Below are positions 40,042 through 49,216 of a stretch of 64,000 bases of DNA, piece after piece. The stretch is from IMG/VR virus record IMGVR_UViG_3300031784_002315, positions 1-64,000 of that record, one strand, 5' to 3'. Made by a program: the position numbers and the translations under genes. Source of the DNA: an uncultured virus (IMG/VR IMGVR_UViG_3300031784_002315). Lineage: Duplodnaviria; Heunggongvirae; Uroviricota; Caudoviricetes. The notes under the pieces are model-generated. The model was given only the letters and a program-made list of their open reading frames with translations. It searched no databases and was not told the origin of the DNA. Every line of letters begins with the position of its first letter. The first letter of the stretch is position 1.

Positions 40042-41668
40042 CAAACTGTTCCTTTAACCAATCAAAATCGTTGATATTTTTTAACATTTCGAGATTGCCT
40101 TTATTTCTTGCACCAAATACTGCACCCAACTTAGCACCATCAATTGCATATTTGCCAAATGGACGATCTGCACCTTTTGTACACCACGTCTGTAATCTAG
40201 TCTGTGTTTCGTCGTCCTTTTGACGATCAATAACTCTACTACTTAGTTTAACACATTCTCTAAATGCACTTTTCCAAGTATTAAATGAATCTGTATTAAA
40301 ACCGGTAACATTTGATATTTCCTGTACTGCTTTAAACTTACTGCTAATACTGGTTGTCATGTCGGGCTTGCTTGTATCCATATTTAAAGTCAATTCTGTT
40401 GGAAACAGTTTTACACCACCGTATCCGTATACTAGGTCATTGATAGGGTTAACCGACCTCCATACATGCACTGTGTCGCGGTCCCATCTTGCAACTTGAT
40501 AGTCGAATTTAAAATTCGAGTCAATCAAAGCATCTCCGTCCACAATCCAAAACATATCAGTATCGCATAGTTTTGCTGCCTCGATATGTGCTTGATGAAT
40601 TCCTTTTACACCGTGAACTCGTTTTGCATGTGGAAATCTATTCGCTAGATACCGGTAGTATTCATCAGCACTAGGTTCTTGATAACTGATAAACACAATA
40701 TCATAAGGCTTAGGTGTTGATATAATAATGTTGATTTCTTTTTTATTTGCAATAAACTTATAATCAAACTCTCGTTTGCTAAATTTTGCATATTTACTGC
40801 ACAGTAAAATACCGTCATGATATTTTCCGTTTAAAAATGTATGATTTATCTTGCGTTCGAATTCTTGATCGTGTGTAAAATACGTATCGTACTTGAATCT
40901 TTCTGTTGGATTTACATAGTCTGGTACGATCCAAAACATTTCAGTATGCGAAGTATTTAATGCTGTTAGATAATCATCATAATTTTTAACATTAAAAATA
41001 TCGTACTTTATAGGACCACTTCCTACAATATCCCATTCTTTTCTATTAACTACATGTCTATAGTCAACTTCTTTTTGCGTAAGTGGGGCATATTTGCTGC
41101 ACAAAAATAACCCATTATAGTATTTTACATCATCAACTAAATGTACAAACGCATGATTTTGTTTGCGATCGATTTGTTCGTGATGCGATATATAAAAATT
41201 GTGGATTAAGTTGTTGTCTACTAGTATGTTAGGAGAACTGACCCAAAACAGTTCTGTAGTGGATTTTTCTAATGCAGTTAAGTAATCACTGTATGTTTCA
41301 ACTTCATAATAGTCAAAGTTTTTAGGACTAGACGCTTGTAAATCTATTTCTTTTTTCTTGATAAAAAATCTATGTTTAATTTCGTTGTTGGTAATACTAA
41401 CATTCTTTGAGACTAGAATTATTCCATCACGATGTTCGGCATTTTTAAATACATGGACATAATTTTCGCTCCACTGATCTGGAATGTAGTCAAAATTAAA
41501 TTGTTCCGAAATAACTAAGTCATCCCACACTATCCAAAAAAATTTTGTTAATGCTAATTCTTTAGCATCTGCAAAACTTGTTACACGCTTGGCTATAGGA
41601 AATCTAGATTTTAGTTTTTTCCAATTCGAAAGATTATCAGAAGACTGTACATAGAATATATCAAACAT
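40025..41668 (-). CDS. glycosyltransferase-like (GT-A) protein with four tandem related domains
   Basis: Four FW(I/V) units; the last has FWIVDGD (DxD) and YGGVKL. Start reassigned to ATG 41668. Confidence 0.65.
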   Translation of the reverse strand: MFDIFYVQSSDNLSNWKKLKSRFPIAKRVTSFADAKELALTKFFWIVWDDLVISEQFNFDYIPDQWSENYVHVFKNAEHRDGIILVSKNVSITNNEIKHRFFIKKKEIDLQASSPKNFDYYEVETYSDYLTALEKSTTELFWVSSPNILVDNNLIHNFYISHHEQIDRKQNHAFVHLVDDVKYYNGLFLCSKYAPLTQKEVDYRHVVNRKEWDIVGSGPIKYDIFNVKNYDDYLTALNTSHTEMFWIVPDYVNPTERFKYDTYFTHDQEFERKINHTFLNGKYHDGILLCSKYAKFSKREFDYKFIANKKEINIIISTPKPYDIVFISYQEPSADEYYRYLANRFPHAKRVHGVKGIHQAHIEAAKLCDTDMFWIVDGDALIDSNFKFDYQVARWDRDTVHVWRSVNPINDLVYGYGGVKLFPTELTLNMDTSKPDMTTSISSKFKAVQEISNVTGFNTDSFNTWKSAFRECVKLSSRVIDRQKDDETQTRLQTWCTKGADRPFGKYAIDGAKLGAVFGARNKGNLEMLKNINDFDWLKEQFDARNI

Positions 41669-41675
41669 ATTGTAT

Positions 41676-41704
41676 ATAGTAACATAAAAAACTATTGATG
41701 TCAA
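41676..41704 (-). promoter_or_regulatory. sigma70-like promoter, 7 nt from ATG 41668
   Basis: Minus strand TTGACA-N17-TACTAT-atacaat-ATG. Confidence 0.6.
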
Positions 41705-41737
41705 ATATCAAATAAATAAAGTGTCTAGGAGAGAAAC

Positions 41738-43183
41738 ATGGAACTTTACGATGGTGCGTCATATAGAATTAATATTGAAGGTATGGACAGTACTCTTATA
41801 GTAGATAGCTTTAGAGGTATTATCAAAGCCAACATAGTCGATGTTGACGATTACATCATAGTTGACTACGAAAACAAAACTTTCCACGGAAATTTTGTTG
41901 GAAATGTAATCGACGACTTAGGAAATGTAGTTCTTAATATTTCAGAAAAAACATTCTACGGTAATGTTACCGGTAATGTTCTTGACGACTCAGGAAATAT
42001 AGTCATCGACAACTCACAACAAATATTCTACGGTAATGTTCTTGGAAATATTGTTGATGATATTGGAAATTTGGTTGTCGACAAGAATGAAAAATTATTC
42101 CATGGTAATGTTGTTGGAAACGTAGTTGACGAATTTGGAAATATAATTGTTGATAAAAATCAAAGAATATTTTTTGGAAATGTTGCTGACGAAAACGGAA
42201 CCATGGTACTTGATTCGGAAAACAAAATATTCATTGGTAATTTTTTAGGCAATATTGTTGATCACGCAGGCGATACTGTTTATGATTCAAATAGCAACAG
42301 TTTACGGTTAGATGATCTCGAAGTAAATAACCTCATCTACGGAAATGTCAAAGGCAATGTTTATAATGCAAATGGGAATCTTATGTACGATTCTTTTACT
42401 AACTCTGCAGAGTTAAACGAACTAGTTGTTAAAAAAATCAATGCTGAAGATATTGTAGTAACTGATTCTATCGTCGGCGAGTTTGTAGGAACGTTTGCAG
42501 GAAATGTTTATAACAATCTCGGTGAAGTTATTTTAGATACTGATATACAGATTATTAAAGCAAACTTGTTATCCGAAACCAACGGAATTAGTTACGATTA
42601 TCAAACTAATACGTTTTATGGAAATTTTTTCGGAAACGTTGTATCGGATATTCAAAGATTTAATAACTTTCAAGTAGGTGATAAAGATGTTGGAAGTAGC
42701 GGTACTGCATTATTTGTTTCAGACAAAGACATCAACGACGATTACGGCCCGTTGACTATTTGTGTGTCAAAAGACAGTAATCTCCCAGGAACTCTTGCTC
42801 TTATTAAAACTAGAGGATCTATTTCTAACCCAGAGCCTGTACAACCCGGAGACGGAATACAAAGTATTATATTTGGTGCTCAAAGTGGCACTAATTATAG
42901 TATTTCGTGTGTACCAGTTGCTTTAATCGAAACGTCTGTTTCTAGCAATGCAATTGTTTCGTCAGGAAAGGTACCGGGTCATTTTTCAATAAAAGTTTCT
43001 AACAATGCAGGCGAATTAACCGAAGCATTGTCTATAAATTCAGATGGGCATTTAAAAAGTGTAATTAAAGATGTTACTGTTGTAGGAGAAACTTCTAAAT
43101 CTCCTGCTAATACATCAAACCCAGACAGTTGGTTGGAAGTAAATGTCAACGGAATAACAAAATTTATTCCGCTGTATTCATAA
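41738..43183 (+). CDS. repeat-rich virion/fibre-like protein
   Basis: 24-aa repeats F.GN..GNV.D..GN.V.D; shares YRINI.G.DS motif with 10453-12081; TAAATA and AGGAGA upstream. Confidence 0.7.
   Translation: MELYDGASYRINIEGMDSTLIVDSFRGIIKANIVDVDDYIIVDYENKTFHGNFVGNVIDDLGNVVLNISEKTFYGNVTGNVLDDSGNIVIDNSQQIFYGNVLGNIVDDIGNLVVDKNEKLFHGNVVGNVVDEFGNIIVDKNQRIFFGNVADENGTMVLDSENKIFIGNFLGNIVDHAGDTVYDSNSNSLRLDDLEVNNLIYGNVKGNVYNANGNLMYDSFTNSAELNELVVKKINAEDIVVTDSIVGEFVGTFAGNVYNNLGEVILDTDIQIIKANLLSETNGISYDYQTNTFYGNFFGNVVSDIQRFNNFQVGDKDVGSSGTALFVSDKDINDDYGPLTICVSKDSNLPGTLALIKTRGSISNPEPVQPGDGIQSIIFGAQSGTNYSISCVPVALIETSVSSNAIVSSGKVPGHFSIKVSNNAGELTEALSINSDGHLKSVIKDVTVVGETSKSPANTSNPDSWLEVNVNGITKFIPLYS
41876..42295 (+). 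repeat. degenerate 72-bp (24-aa) coding tandem repeat, about 6 units
   Basis: KTFHGNFVGNVIDDLGNVVLNISE / KTFYGNVTGNVLDDSGNIVIDNSQ / QIFYGNVLGNIVDDIGNLVVDKNE / KLFHGNVVGNVVDEFGNIIVDKNQ, plus 2 more. Confidence 0.85.
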
Positions 43184-45025
43184 CTTTGTTATTTTTGCTA
43201 CACTAAAACCACTTCTGTTTTTATAGAACAATTTTTCTTTAAAGTCTATATCTGTGTCCCAAGGTATAGATATATCAAATCTATATGTTGTTTTATTTTG
43301 TATTAACTTGTCGTTAAAATTACAAAACTCGTTTAAATTATAATTAAACTCACCACTTATAGCATGTTTTCGTGAAATGTCTGTTGTGTATGATTTATTA
43401 AAATTGAGTAGGTCGTTTAACAAATTGTTGTCAACTGTAGAAAAGTATTTTTTAGCCCACTGTTCAATTTTAGTTTGAACCGTGTTTCTATTTTTATGCC
43501 ATTCAATTTGAGTGTAATTAACTGTAACATTGTCATTAACAAAAACGTCTGTAATTTTTTTATTCCAAAAGAATTCTTCTAAATCGGTTTTTTGTTTATT
43601 ATACAGTGATAGAAAAAAATCTTCTTTTAAAATACAATTATTAAAAAAGTTTTCATAAAAGTCAATATAATCAATACCAAGATGTTTGTTTGCAAATTTA
43701 GCCAATACTTGCGTCCAGTTATAATTATGAAAGTTCATTATTAACCAATACCACAACCAAGAATCAATGTAATCCGATTTGTTCATGTATTTTGTTGCAA
43801 TTACGTAGTTGTGAATTTCTGGAATGTTAGTCAACTGACCATTAAACACTGTGTAATATGTTTCCACTGCCATTTCGTGATCAAGTACTTCAGTGGCCAT
43901 CTCACTGTTTTTAAGTATTTCTAAGGGAAACACATCTAAGAAATAATGACATCCTGCTTGTATGGCTTCGCAAAGACCTTCTCTCCAACTTTGTTTAGTT
44001 TCGTATGGCATACCCAAAATAAACTCTGTATAATATGTCACACCTTGTTTGTCACATTCTTTGTACATCTGTGATAACTGAGATATTTCCATATTTTTAC
44101 GTTTAATGTTTGTTAACGTATCGTCATTCATACTTTGAACACTTAATGTAAGACCTCTATTAAGTCCTACACTGTGCAGTATTTTAACTAATTCAATAGT
44201 TTTTTCAGCACTGTTTTTATACCAAGTAGCAGTAACTCCGTGAGGATAGCCTGTTTCTGTTTTTAACTTGGCTAGATATTCTACAATAAGTTTGTCACGT
44301 TCATAAAAAACACCAAAGTTAGCATCAGCAATATAAATGTATTCTATTTTATTTTTTGCAACCCAATCTAACTCAGCAAATACTTTTTCTAAATTAAATT
44401 TTTTAATTTTACTTTGAGTTAGACTACCCCAGTCACAGAATGTACAAGCAAAAGGACAGCCTCTATTTGTTTCTATGGTTGTTGAAAATTTTACATTTTT
44501 ATTTTCTTGGACTAACTTGTTTAAAATGTTGCTGTTTATATAAGGACTTGGCATTTCTTCAACATCAACACGTTGATGCAATTGATATGTTTCTTTAACT
44601 ATTCCAGTAGTAATGTAGTCAGTTAATAACGAATACAAAGACTTTTCGCCTTCGTTAATTATAATACTATCTATAAACTTTTTTTGTAAAAGTTTGTGTC
44701 CTGCTTTTTCGCCAACCTGCGGGCCGCCAAACACAATTAAACAGTTTGGCCATTTATCTTTTATTTTTTTTGCCAATTGAAAATTGTATTGTTCGTTCCA
44801 AATATAGTTACTAAAGAGACAAATTTCTGGATCATGTATTTTAGTGATAACCAAATCAACAGGTTCACGTTTAAAAAAACAATCCTTTACATCAAAGTTT
44901 TGTTTTACTATATCAAACTGTTCTGCATATGACCAGACCGCAGCAATACTATATGGTAAACTTTGACTAGAAAAGTTTCCGTAACCCATTTGATAATTTA
45001 CTTGAAACAAATACACACTTTTCAT
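43178..45025 (-). CDS. cobalamin-dependent radical SAM protein
   Basis: FSNYIWN, GGPQ, NEGE; NRGCPFACTFCDWG; DANFG; LGMP.ET. Confidence 0.88.
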   Translation of the reverse strand: MKSVYLFQVNYQMGYGNFSSQSLPYSIAAVWSYAEQFDIVKQNFDVKDCFFKREPVDLVITKIHDPEICLFSNYIWNEQYNFQLAKKIKDKWPNCLIVFGGPQVGEKAGHKLLQKKFIDSIIINEGEKSLYSLLTDYITTGIVKETYQLHQRVDVEEMPSPYINSNILNKLVQENKNVKFSTTIETNRGCPFACTFCDWGSLTQSKIKKFNLEKVFAELDWVAKNKIEYIYIADANFGVFYERDKLIVEYLAKLKTETGYPHGVTATWYKNSAEKTIELVKILHSVGLNRGLTLSVQSMNDDTLTNIKRKNMEISQLSQMYKECDKQGVTYYTEFILGMPYETKQSWREGLCEAIQAGCHYFLDVFPLEILKNSEMATEVLDHEMAVETYYTVFNGQLTNIPEIHNYVIATKYMNKSDYIDSWLWYWLIMNFHNYNWTQVLAKFANKHLGIDYIDFYENFFNNCILKEDFFLSLYNKQKTDLEEFFWNKKITDVFVNDNVTVNYTQIEWHKNRNTVQTKIEQWAKKYFSTVDNNLLNDLLNFNKSYTTDISRKHAISGEFNYNLNEFCNFNDKLIQNKTTYRFDISIPWDTDIDFKEKLFYKNRSGFSVAKITKL

Positions 45026-46086
45026 TAAAAATAGTCCTCTAGTGTTCCTTTACGTTTTGTATCTAATGTAACACAATGAAAGCCACCGCTTAATGTTCTT
45101 GCTTGTCTCATTGGCAAACCAATACTTTCAATTCCCCATGTTTTGTCTAATTCTTTCATCAGTTCTTGTTGATTTTCATCTACAATAATGAGTTCAGGAT
45201 TTACACTTAACAAGTTTAGTCCAATATAAGGTGAGCACGGTGAGATACCGTTTGATAAATTTGTAGGTATTTTACCAATTTTTTCGCCAGGCCAAAAAAT
45301 CTTATCCCAACTTTTAAAAATAGGCGGGTACCAGTCTTCATTTAATCTGTCACCGTTGAACAAAACCAATCCAGGACGAAGAGGAATTACTGTGCTGTCA
45401 AAATGCGAAAAACTATAATACTTTTCTGCAATATGAAATCTGTATCCTTTTGGTTCGAGAATAGTTTTTAGCCATTCAAACCCAAGTTGATTTCCACTGT
45501 TGCTTACTTGGCAAAGTAAATCTCTTCCTAATCTAACGATATTTGGTGCATCAAATACAATTTCGTGATTTAGTAAGGTTGCTTCTTTTATATCATCTAG
45601 TTGATAACTTTCATCTAATAGTATCGGCTTTGGAGCACAGATCCATTGCGAACCTTCCTTCATCCATTTATATAAATGATTGTAATATGCACGAGTTTCA
45701 AAGTATCGAGACCGCATAGGACTAGGACACTCGATAATCATGTTGTCCAAAGGTAACAACAAGTCTCTGGGACAATAAGTATGCCACCCTGTAGTTTCCC
45801 AATCGGGCGTACTAAATTTTTGTCTATGATCAATTACATCAGGTCTTAATACATTAACACCTAAACTTTTTAAAGTATCTGACAATCCATCTAAGTCTTC
45901 ATTTGCTTCGTCAATGACTTGTTGATTGTGTAAAATTCCGTTAAGATGTTTAATTTCGTCATATGTGTTTGCTGCATAAGAAAAACTATGAGTACTTTTA
46001 TCAAGAGTTGGAAGCATTGCATGATCGGCTATACCAACTACAATCTCTTCTAAAGGATCCCAATCATTGTTTGTTTGAATTGGCAT
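45025..46086 (-). CDS. amidinotransferase (glycine / inosamine-phosphate amidinotransferase family)
   Basis: NDWDPLEEIVVG, CPRD, FDA, HFDS and GGFHCVTLD (Asp-His-Cys triad). Confidence 0.9.
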   Translation of the reverse strand: MPIQTNNDWDPLEEIVVGIADHAMLPTLDKSTHSFSYAANTYDEIKHLNGILHNQQVIDEANEDLDGLSDTLKSLGVNVLRPDVIDHRQKFSTPDWETTGWHTYCPRDLLLPLDNMIIECPSPMRSRYFETRAYYNHLYKWMKEGSQWICAPKPILLDESYQLDDIKEATLLNHEIVFDAPNIVRLGRDLLCQVSNSGNQLGFEWLKTILEPKGYRFHIAEKYYSFSHFDSTVIPLRPGLVLFNGDRLNEDWYPPIFKSWDKIFWPGEKIGKIPTNLSNGISPCSPYIGLNLLSVNPELIIVDENQQELMKELDKTWGIESIGLPMRQARTLSGGFHCVTLDTKRKGTLEDYF

Positions 46087-46969
46087 ATAATATCTCTTTC
46101 ATTTGTAAATTGTTTAAAATTAGCAAGTCTTGAAGACTTAGTCTATTGGTATTAGTGCCTCTGTTATATTGATTGTATTTTTTAAAGTTGTCTACGCCAA
46201 ATAAAACTGTATTACTTGGCGTAATATTTAAAACACTACAACACTCGAGTTGTTTACTTTTATATTTATTGTATACAAAATCTGGTGAAAAGTTTTGTAA
46301 AAGATTTAATCCTAAGTGAGAACCAAGTCTGTTATTGTAATTCATCTTATCATATACAAACATAAGGTCGTCGTCATCTGTTTTTGTAAATCTTATTCCA
46401 ATTCTTGCATTTGCAACAGGAAATGTTTTACTTAAACTAAAAACAACATCAGTAATACAATTAAAAGATAAATCAAAATTTATATTATTACAAATTCCAA
46501 AATATATACAATCAATTAACACTGGAATCTGTAATCGATCGCATATCTCTAAAACACTGTCCATCTCAACATGCTTGTTTCCGGTGTCACTAAACGGTAA
46601 ACTAATTACTACTGCATCATTAAATTCTAAAGGTGAATCCTCTATAAATGTCCAGTCGTTCCAATTATTTCTCCAGGCTAGTTTGTGATAAACATATTCG
46701 CCCTTAAAACATCTAAAACGTCTATTTTTATTTTTAATATAAAACATATCAAACGCTTGAGACGCACCGTTGCTATAAATTGCATATGTGAAGTTATTTA
46801 AACCTATAAAATTATTGTCGGCAGAACTTAAAATCCAATTTTTGTAAGCATTACAAAAATTTTTAGTAACACTATTATCCCATAATGCTTCTGAAAAATC
46901 AATGTGTTTTATAAAGTCTACTATTTCAGGATCTTGTATAGCATAAGAATTTTTAAAAATATTGTGCAT
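46064..46969 (-). CDS. small fold-type I PLP-dependent enzyme-like protein
   Basis: LIDCIY, FSLSKTF...RIGIR; paralogue of 24413-25258. Confidence 0.6.
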   Translation of the reverse strand: MHNIFKNSYAIQDPEIVDFIKHIDFSEALWDNSVTKNFCNAYKNWILSSADNNFIGLNNFTYAIYSNGASQAFDMFYIKNKNRRFRCFKGEYVYHKLAWRNNWNDWTFIEDSPLEFNDAVVISLPFSDTGNKHVEMDSVLEICDRLQIPVLIDCIYFGICNNINFDLSFNCITDVVFSLSKTFPVANARIGIRFTKTDDDDLMFVYDKMNYNNRLGSHLGLNLLQNFSPDFVYNKYKSKQLECCSVLNITPSNTVLFGVDNFKKYNQYNRGTNTNRLSLQDLLILNNLQMKEILYANSNKQ

Positions 46970-48067
46970 TTATACATTTCCTTTTACATAAGGTTGTAAT
47001 TCTTTTGTAGCATTTTGTTTAAGCATACCGTATTTACTACATTGATTTGCACAACGCTCTATTCTATTTTCGCTAATCCAGTTTTGTTGTATAGCGTGAA
47101 ACACTTTACTGTTTGCAATTTCGTCCAATGAAAAATGATGCAAACTAATAGTGTTTAGACCGCCGTTTAGGTCAATCAACTCAAATAATTTTTTTCTATC
47201 TTTGTGCTTTTCGGTTTCAAACCCATAAAATCTATCAGCAAGCCATCCGCAAGGCAAAACGTACCCTTCGGCTGAAATATAAATTAAATTACTGTGTTGT
47301 GCAGTACAAAATATTTTAGATTTTTGCAAATAGTTTTCATAAGATCCGAACTCTTTTATAATTTTTTCGTAGTTATTATAGCCATTGTTTAGATATTTCT
47401 TTTCATCAGGCATTTCTAAATATCTATTAAGATTATTATTTTTGTCAAACACTGGAGTTTTATCAACTAGATTATGTTGTTTATCGATAAATCTAGTTGT
47501 CAACTTACAAGAAAACCCATCAAATCCGAGTTTGTTGCTTAATTGTCTTGCAGCATCTACTTGATGTTCGTTGTGTTTAAAAACAATGTAACTCCATATT
47601 GCTGATCCGCCAGCAGATATAAATGCTTTTGCATTATTGATTATTTTTTTAAAGTTTGTGTTAACTCTATACAAATGGTTTGTGTCATCTAAACCATCTA
47701 TTCCGAAAATAACTCTATCATCTTTTTTTAAAACGTTAGCAAGATCTTTCCACCATTTTGTTGTACGTAAACTACCGTTTGTATTAATAGTAAGTTGTGC
47801 AGAAGTTTTTGAATTTAAATATTTGACTAACTCTATCAAATCTTGATAGATACAGGGATCACCATAAGTTCCGCAAATACGAATTTCTATCAAGTCTTTT
47901 AAAATTGAATCTGGTATTTTTGTTTTAATTAATTCCAAGTCAATGTCGACCATGGGCAATGTTGGCCATGTTTTTCCACCGTAAAAATTACGTACACACT
48001 GAGGACAAGATGCGTTGCATCTTGTTGTAAGTTCAAGTTCGAGTTGAGTAATTTTTTGATAAAACAT
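46970..48067 (-). CDS. radical SAM protein (GNxGD-like subfamily)
   Basis: CNASCPQC-VRN..GG; GTYGDP; IDGL..T...YR; LPC; C..QC. Confidence 0.87.
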   Translation of the reverse strand: MFYQKITQLELELTTRCNASCPQCVRNFYGGKTWPTLPMVDIDLELIKTKIPDSILKDLIEIRICGTYGDPCIYQDLIELVKYLNSKTSAQLTINTNGSLRTTKWWKDLANVLKKDDRVIFGIDGLDDTNHLYRVNTNFKKIINNAKAFISAGGSAIWSYIVFKHNEHQVDAARQLSNKLGFDGFSCKLTTRFIDKQHNLVDKTPVFDKNNNLNRYLEMPDEKKYLNNGYNNYEKIIKEFGSYENYLQKSKIFCTAQHSNLIYISAEGYVLPCGWLADRFYGFETEKHKDRKKLFELIDLNGGLNTISLHHFSLDEIANSKVFHAIQQNWISENRIERCANQCSKYGMLKQNATKELQPYVKGNV

Positions 48068-49209
48068 TAGGGTTTTCTTATTAGGTGCTCAAGACCTTTA
48101 CGATTAAAGAAAAACTCAATTTCTTCTTTACTAGCATTGTACTTTGTTTCTAAATACTTTAAAAATTCATCTTGCTTTTTAAAATAATAATACAATAACT
48201 TTGTATTAAAGTCAACGTCTTGTTTGACTTTTTGATAATCGCTGTTGTTTAAAAAATATTTTACATTTTGTACTATTGCTTCAAGACGCTGTTCTTCATC
48301 TTCGATTAAACCGTACTCTTTGATTAAGAAATTCTCGTCAAATGTCTTAAATCCTAGATTTTTCAATTCTTTGTATTGTTCTACATAGCCCGATAAAATT
48401 ACTGGCTTCTTCATTAATAATTCTCTATAAGTTTTATCAGTAAGATAATACCGGTCGTTACTCCATTCCCAGTATATCGGCCCTTCACTTATTACTGTTA
48501 ACTTTACATCGTTATAGTGATGCAAATCTATAAATGACGGATTGTGTATGTAGGGTTCTTTTACAATATCGTGCCAGTTGTCGCCTTCGTAAACTCCTAA
48601 AAAACTTTTACAAGAGTTGTATTCGTTATCGCTATCTAAAGATCTATTACAGTTTTTTAAAAACTCGTTATATTCTTTATCTGTATATTTTGACAAATAG
48701 TTTCGGCACCATTTGTTATCTATTTCGTTCCAAGGAGGAAAAAATGACCAAGTGCTATTTTTTAACATATTTTCGTCGTAAAATTTACTCATTAGTCCAA
48801 TACGATTTGGACGAGCAGAACGACCTGTTAAAAATAAAAACTTGTCAGCATCGTTATTATAATCTTTGATTTGATTATCATAATCTTTGTATGCATTTTT
48901 TACAACACTCATATTCCAGTCATAAAAGTAGTGTGTGTGTTTTAAACCATACTCATATGTTTTTCCAGCACCAGATATAAAAATTATCTCTTGTATACCT
49001 AATTTTTTACAAGCATTGTCGAGTTTGTCAATCAGTGGGATCCAATATTTAGGATCCCACGCCACAAATCCGTCCATCAGTGCAAGAAAAATAATTACGT
49101 TGCATTTTTCTCGCACTGCTTGATCAATTTCGATCATTATCAAATCGTAATGATCTTGATCAACAAATAACCATTCGATGTTGATTAACTTTGTTTTTAT
49201 ATCAGACAT
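48067..49209 (-). CDS. hypothetical protein, possibly glycosyltransferase-related
   Basis: C-terminal VISE...LTDKT....KP.I.G...L..LGFKTF pattern. Confidence 0.4.
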   Translation of the reverse strand: MSDIKTKLINIEWLFVDQDHYDLIMIEIDQAVREKCNVIIFLALMDGFVAWDPKYWIPLIDKLDNACKKLGIQEIIFISGAGKTYEYGLKHTHYFYDWNMSVVKNAYKDYDNQIKDYNNDADKFLFLTGRSARPNRIGLMSKFYDENMLKNSTWSFFPPWNEIDNKWCRNYLSKYTDKEYNEFLKNCNRSLDSDNEYNSCKSFLGVYEGDNWHDIVKEPYIHNPSFIDLHHYNDVKLTVISEGPIYWEWSNDRYYLTDKTYRELLMKKPVILSGYVEQYKELKNLGFKTFDENFLIKEYGLIEDEEQRLEAIVQNVKYFLNNSDYQKVKQDVDFNTKLLYYYFKKQDEFLKYLETKYNASKEEIEFFFNRKGLEHLIRKP

Positions 49210-49216
49210 TTTAAAA

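Noticed and set aside
41669..41704. ORF-track start of the GT-like gene at TTG 41704
   Set aside because: That TTG is the TTGACA -35 box; ATG 41668 fits better. Over-extended starts were likewise trimmed at 909, 2915, 5136, 9393, 15399, 18911, 26354, 28897, 50335, 50348 and 53799.
41876..42295. Periodic repeats as a possible CRISPR array or DGR repeat
   Set aside because: The repeats are degenerate, in-frame and coding (72-bp period). There is no constant repeat with unique spacers, and no cas or reverse transcriptase gene.
45025..46086. Amidinotransferase as an archaeosine synthase for a dG+ pathway
   Set aside because: Its motifs are of the arginine-dependent AGAT/StrB1 family, not ArcS, QueF-like or Gat-QueC.
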